From Octopus bimaculoides (Eukaryota), in contig NC_069008.1 of assembly GCF_001194135.2 (NCBI RefSeq), positions 9,052,391-9,116,390 of the forward strand: 64,000 nt of DNA, in the 5' to 3' direction. The translations under genes were made by a program, and so were the position numbers. Shown piece after piece: positions 50,668 through 61,589 of the stretch. Each line of letters opens with the position of its first letter. Positions within the stretch are counted from its first letter, which is position 1. The notes under the pieces are model-generated. The model searched no databases and was not told the origin of the DNA. It worked only from the letters and a program-made list of their open reading frames with translations.

Positions 50668-50749
50668 GTGGATGTTGGGGTCCAGAGAGCAAGAAAACCA
50701 TTGTTGGAAACTGGGGCTGGGCATGGTGGCTCGTTACCGATGTCCAATG
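50668..50749 (+). CDS. FLOT2: Flotillin-2 coding exon (82 nt): (G)GCWGPESKKTIVGNWGWAWWLVTDVQ(C)
   Basis: ttgacAG acceptor and TG|GTAAGA donor. Matches the GCCG...GGWAWAWW..TDVQ N-terminal hydrophobic stretch of flotillin-2. Missed by the ORF track. Confidence 0.93.
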
Positions 50750-51524
50750 GTAAGATTTGTAGTGTTTAAAAAATTTTCTATTTTTTAAATTTTCTCTGGT
50801 TTCCATTATTGTTATTTGATCTGGCAGAATTGTTAGTACACCAGGCAAAATGCTAGGCGACAAATTTGGTTCAAATTCCTCTGCAGTCGACTTTGCCTTT
50901 CATCCTTTTGGGATTGATAAAATAAGTACCAGTTGTGTACTGGGGTTGATGAAATCAGCTATACTTCTCCCCCATATTTTCAGGCCTAGAAAGGATTATT
51001 ATATTAGTGGCTGCTGTCACTGGATTGTGGCCATGCTGGGACATCACCCGCTACCAAATGTTAAATATTTATATGAACTTCTCAAAATGGAATGAATAAG
51101 TTTGGTGTCTCTCTTTCTTTCAGGAGCTGATAATAATAACAACACTGTGTAACAAATTGTTTTTTTTTCTGTCTTTGGTCAGTAAGTGTTATTTCCTATT
51201 TGCTTCTATCTAGAATTCAAAGGAAATCACTACCATTCCCTTCGAACTTTGATTTTGTCACCTGGACATCAATGTTTTCAAGCTGACCCTTACATTTCTG
51301 ACAGACTCAGTGGTGAGTTGGTGAAGCAGAAATATCATTATAATAAATATTCTGCTCAATACCACATATTTGCTTGTCAATTACTTGTCCATAACCACTT
51401 GAGCATGTCCCTTAGTGGCTAACAATATGTGCATCTTTGATGAGTAGTAGTACTAGGGGAGCATCATAGCCATGTGTTGAGAGGAATTCTTTGGGGTTTA
51501 TATATGTGTGTGTGTGTGTATATA

Positions 51525-51598
<74 letters not shown>

Positions 51599-51856
51599 CA
51601 TACATGCAAATCCAGTGAAGGCCCCAGAAGACATGTTAAGATCCACAAAGATATATATGTATATATTTATGTATATATATGTGTATATATATATGTATGT
51701 TTATATGTGTATATATACATGAATATATATATATATATATACACACACATGTATATATGTATAGGCATATATATATATATACACACACACACACATGTAT
51801 ATATGTATAGGCATATACATATATATGGATATATATATATATATATATATGTATAA

Positions 51857-51908
<52 letters not shown>

Positions 51909-52529
51909 GTTTCATGATATTTAAACTCTTCATTATACGTCCCATCTCATAAACCAAATGAATACCTTAAGTACATCCCACACAGAATGTAGGCACCATA
52001 AATTTACTTTCGTGAGTATAATCAGAGGCATGTCCATCAGAATGTCCGGTGTATCTGTCACTGAGGAAGTCTGCAATAAAGATGCCAACTACTAGAACGA
52101 AGCTGTTGCTGCTAATGCTCATTGAAGAGCACATGTTATGTATCCATGCTGTTATCTCTCATTTCATCTGTTGTCCCTTTCTTGCATATGCTGGATGAGT
52201 CTGACATCTTCCCACTTAACCTGGTCCTTGTTTCCTGATGTACACTGTAACTAGCGAAAAAAAAAAAAGTGCCAATTAACTCTGTAGTTATCCTTTTATT
52301 CGTTTACTTGTTTTGGTCATTTGACTGTGACCATGCAGGAGCACCACCTGGACGGGTTTTAGTCAGCAAAGTCAACCCCAGTAGTTATTGTTTAAGCCTA
52401 GTAATTTGTGTCTGTCTCTTGCTGAACCTTTAAGTTATGTAAGCATACCAACACCAGTTGTCAAGTGGTGATGGGGGGACAAAGACACACACTCACACAC
52501 CACACACACACACACCACACACACACACA

Positions 52530-52577
<48 letters not shown>

Positions 52578-53814
52578 TATATATATATAAGGGCATCCAG
52601 CTGTAGAAACTCTGCCAAATTTAGATTGGAGCCTGGTGTTGCCATCCGGTTTCACCAGTCCTCAGTCAAATCGTCCAACCCATGCTAGCATGGAAAGCGG
52701 ACGTTAAACGATGATGATGATGATATATATATATACAACAGGCTTCTTTCAGTTTCTGTTTACCAAATCCACTCACAAGGCTTTAATCAACCTAAGGCTA
52801 TTATAGAAAACTCTTGCCCAAGGTGCCACACAGTGGGACTGAACCTGGAACCACTGTCACCAGAGGTTATTGCCAATAAGACAAAAGAGTCTCTTTTCGG
52901 TGTGGCTTGAGGAAAGAAGTTTGCTTTTCAACTACATAACTTCAGTTCCAGTGTGTGTCACCTTGTCATTTTGTGTTGACTTGGGCCTTCGAAACCCTTG
53001 TGGGTGTATTTGGTAGATAAGCCTGTCGTGTGTGTGTGTGTGAATGTCTCCTTGTTTTGACTTTGCATGATAATTGTAAATGTGTGCCACCATCCTTAGT
53101 TTCCAATCTTTTTATAAAGCATGTCTGGTCATGGGGAAACAGGTGAAGGTTGGCAACAGGAAGCACATCCAGCTGCAGAAAATCTGCCTCAACAAATTCC
53201 ATCTAACTCATTCGAGTATGCAAAAGAGAGCATTGAAAATGATGATGGTGTGTGTGCATGTATGTATATCATCATCCTCAGTCAACATCTGTTTTCCATG
53301 CTGGTATGGGCTGGAAGGTTTGACAGGTGCTGGCTAGGCAGAAGACTGCATCAGGCTTCACTGTCGGTTTTGGTATGATGGTTTTTATGGCTGGATACCC
53401 TTCCTAACACCAACCACTTCACAGTGTACTGGGTGCTTTTTATATAGCACCAGCAATGTTTTTTTTGGCATGGATTTTACAGCTGGATACCCTTCCAAAC
53501 ACCAACCACTTTACAGTGTAGACTGGATGCTTTTTGCATGGCACCAGCACTGGTGGGGTCACCATGTGCCTTGCAAAACGTACATATATATAACAAAAAT
53601 GCATATAGAGAAAACCGCATCTTTAATTGTAGAATTCACCTTACAAAGCTGACAACTACATCTATTGTATTAGCATATTTACATACAGAAAATATTGAAA
53701 TTAATATTTTCGAAAATAGATGTGAACACAACATTTTCAAGACAATCCAAAATCAAGTTAAATTCAAAGTGAACATGTATGTTCAGAAATATTACAGTTC
53801 TATTTTTAAGAGAT

Positions 53815-54050
53815 TTTACAGTTGACGGATATTTGTCCTCATCTTGTTTTGTTGTTAACACAATGCTTTGGCTGATATACCCTCCAGCCTTCATCAGGTG
53901 TCTTGGGGAAATTTCGAACCTGGGTTCTCATTCCTAAGGAAGTTTTCGATGTTGTTGTTGTTGTTATTATTATTATTATTCAGGTCACTGCCTGGAATTG
54001 AACATGGAATTTTGGGGTTAGTAGCTTGCGCTCTTAACCACTATGCTACT
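53815..54050 (-). mobile_element. tRNA-headed SINE with a Penelope-like tail carrying a degenerate hammerhead-like motif (53858-53901)
   Basis: Minus strand: tRNA-like head gcatagtggttaagagcgcaagct...gttcaattccaggcag, then an (AAT)n/(AAC)n linker, then ACAC-CTGATGA-A-GGCTG...CAGCC-AAAGCATT-GTGT. Confidence 0.65.
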
Positions 54051-54147
54051 TTTAATTCATAATGGATTTAATCCTATGTATGCATTGTTTGACATACCAA
54101 CAAAGGATTTTTACACTATTTAATCATAAACTGATAATTCAGTTAAA

Positions 54148-54161
54148 GCGCCCCCTAGTGG
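54148..54161 (-). promoter_or_regulatory. Canonical CTCF-binding motif in a FLOT2 intron
   Basis: GCGCCCCCTAGTGG is the reverse complement of CCACTAGGGGGCGC, an exact match to CCASYAGRKGGCRS. It is GC-rich with an intact CpG in an AT-rich background. Confidence 0.55.
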
Positions 54162-54379
54162 GGAGGGGTCAACTCAGGTAGATGTTGTTGATAAACTACG
54201 AAAATGGCAAAATATCAATATCCATCACTCCTGAATGTAGTTAGGGGTGAGTTCTCTTGCCTATCAAGACTTACGACTGTTTTAACACTCAGTGCTTTGA
54301 AGGAGTTATCCCCACTATGCTAAACCACAGTGTACTGGTGAACAAACAAAACACATACATTGAATATGTGCAGTCAACA

Positions 54380-54432
<53 letters not shown>

Positions 54433-54712
54433 AAATTTTCAGAATCTGAGGAAATCAAAGTATTTAAATAAAAAAGGCACCAAGGTAGAGTCAAGGATAG
54501 CACATTTTTACACTAACAGTCTGTCCAGACACTCCCATACTCACTAAAGTAAAAACAGATTTGTCCTTCCAGTTTTGTGTGCATTCACAAGTATTGACCA
54601 AATATACAACGTATAAATAACGTCACACAGGAGTACACTCTGGCATGCATTTCAAGGTCCAGTGTTGGCTCAAGATTTAATGCAGGGGCAGTTCCAAGTG
54701 TGATGAAGTATA

Positions 54713-54954
54713 AATAACACAGATGGGCTGAGGTTCACTACAACTGTTTCAGACGTGTTCTTTATTGATGAGTTGTAACTGGGATGAGAGAGTCAATACA
54801 CATTCTATACTCTTTGTGTGAAAAATCCTAAGTGTTAATTTTACTCTTAATTCACCTGAAGAAAACTTTTTTTTTACATGATGTAATTGCTTTGTTCATC
54901 GATAGAGAACATGTCTGAAACAGCTGTAGTCAACTTCAACTCACCCGTGTTATT
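54713..54954. repeat. Inverted repeat (~60-bp arms, ~125-bp spacer)
   Basis: aataacacagatgggctgaggttcactacaactgtttcagacgtgttctttattgatga pairs with tcatcgatagagaacatgtctgaaacagctgtagtcaacttcaactcacccgtgttatt. Confidence 0.8.
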
Positions 54955-55829
54955 CGTCGTCGTCGTTTAACGTCCGCTTTCCATGCTAGCATGGGTTGGA
55001 CGATTTGACTGAGGACTGGTGCAACCAGATGGCTACACCAGGCTCCAATCTGATTTGGCAGAGTTTCTACAGCTGGATGCCCTTCCTAACGTCAACCACT
55101 CAGAGAGTGTAGTGGGTGCTTTTATGTGCCACTGGCACGAAGGCCAGTCAGGAGGTACTGGCAACGGCCACACTTGAAATGGTGTATTTTTGTGCCATCT
55201 GCACAAGAGCCAGTCCAGGGGCACTGGCAACGCTCTCGCTCAAAAAGTCCTTACACATGCCGCGGGTACAAGTGCCAGAAAGGCGATGCTGGGCACAGGT
55301 GCCATCACAATTTCGCTTTCGCTTGCCCCAATAAGTCTTCACAAACGGAGTTTCCTGTCCAATGAAGGAGACGACGTTGGCATGGGTGCCAGTCTAATTT
55401 AATGCTGGCACAGCTTGGATGGTTTGACAGGAACTGGCCAGCTGGTGAGCTGTCCAGACTCCAATTCTCTGTTGTGGCATGGTTTCTATGGCTGGATGCC
55501 CTCCCTAATGCCAACCACTCTACAGAGTATGCTGGATGTTTATTACATTCCACCAGCTCAGGTGCGTTTATGCAACACTGGCACAGGTACATTTTATGTG
55601 GTACCAGCACCTGGAAGGACAGGCCTGTATGCATGGATGACAGTGATTTTACTTAGCTTGACGTGTCATATCAAGTACAACAAATCACAACTCTTGGTCC
55701 CTTGTCATTTCCTCAGTGAGGTCCGAAGATCCTTTCTCACCACTGTGTCTCACATCTCCCTGGGTTTACCCCATTCCACCAGTTCCCTCCATGATTAGAG
55801 CTCAGCACTTTATGCAGCTGTCCTCTTCC

Positions 55830-55830
<1 letters not shown>
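54955..55830 (-). mobile_element. RTE LINE 3' end (ORF C-terminus, 3' UTR and (ACG/GAT)n tail)
   Basis: The tail ...catgctagcatggaaagcggacgttaaacgacgacga is shared with copies at 40625-40792 and 52590-52725. The upstream part matches the RTE fragment at 36960-37340. Confidence 0.7.
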
Positions 55831-55865
<35 letters not shown>

Positions 55866-56139
55866 NNNNNNNNNNNNNNNNNNNNNNNNNNNNNNNNNNN
55901 NNNNNNNNNNNNNNNNNNNNNNNNNNNNNNNNNNNNNNNNNNNNNNNNNNNNNNNNNNNNNNNNNNNNNNNNNNNNNNNNNNNNNNNNNNNNNNNNNNNN
56001 NNNNNNNNNNNNNNNNNNNNNNNNNNNNNNNNNNNNNNNNNNNNNNNNNNNNNNNNNNNNNNNNNNNNNNNNNNNNNNNNNNNNNNNNNNNNNNNNNNNN
56101 NNNNNNNNNNNNNNNNNNNNNNNNNNNNNNNNNNNTATA

Positions 56140-57320
56140 CAGGGGTTGGACAAAATAATGGAAGCACCTTAAAATTTCAAACAAATTTATTTTAATATAG
56201 GGTAGGATTGCCTTTGGCAGTAATTACACCTTGAATTCTATGAGATATGGACTCATATAAAGTTTGAATTGTTTCCAAAGTAATTATTGTCCATTCTTCA
56301 CTTAAAACAGTCTCCAGTTCTTGTAGTTACTTGTTTTTCTAAAATGCACCATAAATGTTCAATAATGTTGAGATCTGGGGACTGCGGTGGCCAGATAAGA
56401 TGTTCAACTTCACTAGAATGTTCCTTGTGCCATTCAGTAACAACTTTAGCAGTGTGAATTGGTGTATTATCGTCCTGAAAAATTGCTTTTCCCTCCGGAA
56501 ACAGTTCCGCAACCATAGGATGAATTTGATCAGGTAAAATGCTCAAATAGTGTTGACTATTAATTCTGCCATGAAGGGAAACCATTGGGCCGGCGGATTT
56601 CCAAGATATAGCCACCCAGATCATCACAGATCTTTCTCCGTCTCCACACGTATACTCGGTCGGTGGCCAGAAATAGGGTAAAGGATGACTCATCTGAGAA
56701 AATTACATTCTTCCACTGTTCTAGGAACTAATTCTGTAGGTTTTTACTCCACTCTAAACGCTTTGCAACGTTTGTTTTTGAAAGTAGTGGTTTTCTGATT
56801 GCAGCCCTCCCATGAAATCCAGCTTTGTGCAGCTCCCGGCAAACAGTTTTTGTGGAAACTGGGTTCTTGAGGTGGTCATTAAGCTCTGCAGTAATTTTGG
56901 GAGCTGTACTTTTGTGATCCTTTCTAACAATTCGCATAAGAGTACAACTGTCCCTATGTGAAAGTTTTGGTTTTTTTCCAGAGTTTTGTTTTGTGAGGAG
57001 GTTTTCCCCTCTTTTCAAAGACTCATTACCTTCGAGACAGTACTTCTTGATGCACCAAGTATTTCAGCTGTTTTCGTTATGCTAGCGCCTTGTATATGAA
57101 CACCAACAATTTGGCCCCTTTGAAAGTCCAATAGATCTGTCATTTTAATGAATTTTGATTACCTTTTTCTGATGATATCTGAAAAGAAACAGCAATTTTA
57201 GCAAAACATATTAAGCAACACTAATAATAAATCAAAAAACATAAAAATAAACAAGCTTTTGATGGTTTTATATATTTCAAAATTATGATGCTAGGTGTTT
57301 CCATTATTTTATTCATCCTG
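56140..57320 (-). mobile_element. Tc1-like transposon (DD34E), decayed, in the FLOT2 intron
   Basis: TIRs CAGGGGTTGGACAAAATAATGGAAGCACC / GGTGTTTCCATTATTTTATTCATCCTG with TA flanks. Transposase fragments MTDLLDFQRGQIVG (start 57143), RKPLLSK, IFQDDNTPIH, WPPQSPDLNIIEHLW. Confidence 0.93.
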
Positions 57321-57332
57321 TATGTATGTATG

Positions 57333-57381
<49 letters not shown>

Positions 57382-57459
57382 TGTGCATACATAGCTAATG
57401 ATGATATTAAACAAACACCCCCTACTCACACATGCTCCCTCTGTTTGTCTTTGTTTCAG

Positions 57460-57674
57460 TATTTCGTTGGAAGTCATGACATTGAACCCTGTATGTGAAA
57501 GTGTGGAAACCCTAGAAGGTGTCCCAATTACGGTGACAGGGGTTGCACAATGCAAGATTATGAAAGAGAAGGACCTGTTAAATCGGGCTTGTGAGCAATT
57601 CCTTGGCAAATCCATCGACCACATTGAAAGGGTTGTTTTACAGACATTGGAAGGCCATTTACGAGCTATTCTTG
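57460..57674 (+). CDS. FLOT2: Flotillin-2 coding exon (215 nt): ISLEVMTLNPVCESVETLEGVPITVTGVAQCKIM...LQTLEGHLRAILG
   Basis: tttcAG acceptor and G|GTAAGA donor. Encodes the SPFH domain signature. Confidence 0.97.
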
Positions 57675-58105
57675 GTAAGAACATTTTTTCAATATCTATT
57701 CTCTCTTTTGACTTGTCTGTCTTTCTCCATTGATTTCTCTCCAATCTGTGTGTGTTGGTGTGTGTGTGTGCCTGTGTGCCTGAAAGGAATGTCAATGGGA
57801 AAGAGAAGGAAAGGTGAAAGAAGAAAGAAGAAAATTGTGTTTACAGCTGGTCAGTTCTTTCAATGACAAGTCTATTCTTGGCCTTTAAAAATGGCAAAAC
57901 CAGGTGGCATTGTTTGGAAGAAAGTTGTTTTTCAAAGAGTTGGCATCATTGTCCAGTGTGAGAGAGTGTGGGTGTGTTTTTGTGTGTGTGTGTGTGTGTG
58001 TGCACGCGTGTGTGTGTGCATGTGTGTGTGCCTGTGTATCTGAAATTTATCCCTAATAGTGGTTTGGATTTTGGCTATTCCTTCTAGCATACCAGGTACC
58101 CTATG

Positions 58106-58682
58106 ATGGATACTTCTTGCAGCTGTTTCAGTCCAGAGGTGACATGCCTCATTCTATTTTTATCACTCCAGTAGACTGAAGTAATTAATAGATGAAATAG
58201 AGGTACATGGATGATTCTCTAGGCCTCTTCGGAGATTTTATAAAGTTCATAAGGTTAAGTTATAAATATAAAAATATAAAAACCATAAAAAACCACATAT
58301 ATATATATATATATACATAGATATACATAAATAAACATAAATACATATATGTATATTTAAATGTACATACATAAACGTCCGTACATGCACACAAATGAAT
58401 CAATTATTATTGTTGTTATCATTATTATTAGATGTATTGTATTATACATATTAGGTAAAATATACATGTATATTTACGTATATGTATATGTAAAAGTATG
58501 TTTATGTGTATGTATTTATATTTATATCTTAACCTTATGTACTTTCTAAAATCTCTGATGAAGCCTAGAGAAACACCCAAGTACCTCAATTTCATCTTCT
58601 AATTACTTCAGTCCACTGGAGGGATAAAGGTAGAGTGAGGTATTTTTGCCTCTTGGCTGAAACAGCTGTAAGATATTATCCC
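58106..58682. repeat. Inverted repeat (~135-bp arms, ~310-bp AT-rich spacer) in a FLOT2 intron; Penelope-like ends
   Basis: 58106-58238 and 58548-58682 are roughly 80% reverse-complementary by eye. The arms carry CTGATGA...GAAAC and GAAAC-AGCT-GTA motifs. Confidence 0.85.
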
Positions 58683-59133
58683 AGTCTCTATTGCTATTTA
58701 CTATGTTATATTTTAATATTTTAATATTTTAATAATTACTGATATTTTATATTCTATATATGTAAGGCATAATATGTCATATATGTATGTATATTGTTAT
58801 AATTGTCCTTTTAGTAAATAAATAAATAAATTGACATAATATAATGTCTATAAGTTGATGAATACCACCTATTGATCCCCTCCATTTTCTTATTGCTCTA
58901 TGTCTGTCTGTCTGTCTGTCTCTATCTGTCTCTCTCTCTCTCTCTCTCTTTATCTCTCTCTTTATCTCTCTCTAGAAGCAGGGTAATGCTTGTTTCTGCT
59001 TGATTGTAGGCCAATGACTGAAACTATTTAAATTTATGAAGATCAAATGTAAACTAATTTTTAAAATGTTCTTTTCTCTCTCTTTTTTTCTTCTTCTTCC
59101 ACCTTTTTCTGTTCCTGTCATCTTCACCTCCAG

Positions 59134-59366
59134 GAACACTGAGTGTTGAAGCTATATACCAAGACCGAGACCAGTTTGCCATGCTGGTGCGAGAAGTCGC
59201 TTCACCAGATGTTGGAAGGATGGGAATTGAGATTCTTAGTTTCACAATCAAAGACATATATGATCAGGTGGAGTACTTAGCTTCTCTGGGTCGCACTCAG
59301 ACAGCCAACGTGAAGAGAGATGCAGATATTGGTGTGGCAGAAGCCGTAAGAGATGCCGGAATTAGG
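59134..59366 (+). CDS. FLOT2: Flotillin-2 coding exon (233 nt): TLSVEAIYQDRDQFAMLVREVASPDVGRMGIEILSFTIKD...DADIGVAEAVRDAGIR
   Basis: ctccAG acceptor and AGG|GTAAGT donor. Very close to the flotillin-2 consensus. Confidence 0.97.
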
Positions 59367-60332
59367 GTAAGTATTGCTGACAAAGCTAACCATATTTTTC
59401 CTACAGCAAGATACTTGTTTTTGTCCCGATATGCATGCTCTAACCTCACATCACTTGGCACAAGGCTACCTCTGTCAATATCACTCCTCTCAATTTAGGG
59501 AGTCTTTGTCTTGTAAGTTACTGGTGACATCACCAGTGTTGGCACCATGTAATAAGCTTCTTCAAAAGGCATCTAGACATAGAAACTATGCCAAAGCAGA
59601 CAGCAGAGCTTGGTGCAGCCCCTTAACTTTCCAGTTCCGTGCCAGCATAGAAAATGGATGTTAAATGATTGTGATGATGATGTTGCTGGCAAAGTGGCAA
59701 GTAGAATCAATGGCCCATTGAGCGAAATGTTTATTGACATTTCCTCTGACTCTTTATTTTCTTAGTTCAAATTCTGCTGAGTCAGCTTTGCCTTTCATCT
59801 TTTTAGGGGTTGATTTAGGTAAAAAAAAAGTACCAATCAAATACTGGGATCAATGTTGGCTGTGTGGGTTAGAAGCTTCCTTCTCAGCCACATGGTTCCT
59901 GGTTTGGTCCCACTGTGTAGCATCTTGACCAAGTGTCTTTTATTATAGCCTTGTGAGTGGATTTGGTAGAGAAAAAAAAAAGTACTGGGGTGGATTCATT
60001 CAACTGAAACTTCTTCAAAGTAGTGCTGAAGCATGGCCACAGTCTAATGACAAGTAAAAGATTAAAAGATTGATTTTATTGACTAATTTCCATCTGCAAA
60101 ATTTCAGGCCTTGTACCTATAGTTGAAAAAGTTATTTCTGTTAGAGCGTGAGATGGGCAGAATTGTCGGAGCATTGAACAAAATACTTTGCAGTATTTGT
60201 TCTGGCTGTATACTCTCTGAGTTCAAATCTCACTGGGATCAATTTTGCCTTTCACCCTTTTGGTAAAATACAGTACCACTCTAATACTTGGGTTGATTTA
60301 GTGAACTACCATCCTCCCAAATTTTAGGCCTT

Positions 60333-60380
<48 letters not shown>

Positions 60381-60400
60381 TTCTCTCTCTCTCTTTGTTC

Positions 60401-61135
60401 TCTCTCTTTCTCCCCTCTCCCTCTCTCAATATCTTGTTCTCTCTCTTTCTCCCCCTCNNNNNNNNNNNNNNNNNNNNNNNNNNNNNNNNNNNNNNNNNNN
60501 NNNNNNNNNNNNNNNNNNNNNNNNNNNNNNNNNNNNNNNNNNNNNNNNNNNNNNNNNNNNNNNNNNNNNNNNNNNNNNNNNNNNNNNNNNNNNNNNNNNN
60601 NNNNNNNNNNNNNNNNNNNNNNNNNNNNNNNNNNNNNNNNNNNNNNNNNNNNNNNNNNNNNNNNNNNNNNNNNNNNNNNNNNNNNNNNNNNNNNNNNNNN
60701 NNNNNNNNNNNNNNNNNNNNNNNNNNNNNNNNNNNNNNNNNNNNNNNNNNNNNNNNNNNNNNNNNNNNNNNNNNNNNNNNNNNNNNNNNNNNNNNNNNNN
60801 NNNNNNNNNNNNNNNNNNNNNNNNNNNNNNNNNNNNNNNNNNNNNNNNNNNNNNNNNNNNNNNNNNNNNNNNNNNNNNNNNNNNNNNNNNNNNNNNNNNN
60901 NNNNNNNNNNNNNNNNNNNNNNNNNNNNNNNNNNNNNNNNNNNNNNNNNNNNNNNNNNNNNNNNNNNNNNNNNNNNNNNNNNNNNNNNNNNNNNNNNNNN
61001 NNNNNNNNTCTCTCTCTTTCTCCCCCTCTCCCTCTCTCAATATCTTGTTCTCTCTCTTTCTCCCCCTCTCCCTCTCTCAATATCTTGTTCTCTCTCTTTC
61101 TCCCCCTCTCCCTCTCTCAATATCTTGTTCTCTAT
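60401..61135 (+). repeat. 40-bp pyrimidine-rich minisatellite abutting a FLOT2 acceptor (spans a 551-N gap)
   Basis: The unit tctctctttctccccctctccctctctcaatatcttgttc is seen on both sides of the gap. Confidence 0.85.
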
Positions 61136-61141
61136 CTGCAG

Positions 61142-61476
61142 GAAGCAGAATGTGAAAAAGTCGGAATGGATGCTAAATATGCTGCTGATGCTAAAGTTGC
61201 CGATGCATCAAGATTGTTCCAGATGCAGAAGGCTGCTTTTGACATGGAAGTGAACACAAAGAAGGCTGAGGCAGAGCTGGCGTACGAACTTCAAGGTGCC
61301 AAAGAGAAACAGAAGATCAGAACTGAAGAGATTGAGATTGATGTTGTCGAGCGTCGTAAACAGATCGATGTGGAGGAGAAGGAGGTGATCAGGAAAGAGA
61401 AGGAACTGGTTGGTACCGTGAAACGCCCTGCCGAAGCTCAAGCTTTCAAAGTTGAAATGCTAGCTGAAGGTCAAAG
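61142..61476 (+). CDS. FLOT2: Flotillin-2 coding exon (335 nt): EAECEKVGMDAKYAADAKVADASR...ELVGTVKRPAEAQAFKVEMLAEGQ(R)
   Basis: ctgcAG acceptor and AG|GTAAGC donor. Encodes the flotillin coiled-coil (EA-rich) domain. Confidence 0.97.
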
Positions 61477-61589
61477 GTAAGCAATTTCCCTTTTTCTGTT
61501 TTGCTTTCCTATTTTTCCTGTGATTATTTTCTTTTATCTTTTTGATGGTTTGTGTGTGGGTGTTTATGTATATATATAAAGTTTAATGT

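Larger units (their letters stand above)
50668..61476 (+). other. FLOT2: Flotillin-2 (reggie-1) gene, visible part: join(50668..50749,57460..57674,59134..59366,61142..61476)
   Basis: The four exons splice in frame (phases 1-2-1-0-2) into a continuous SPFH + flotillin domain protein that is highly similar to metazoan flotillin-2. The 5' and 3' ends are outside the window or in gaps. Confidence 0.97.
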
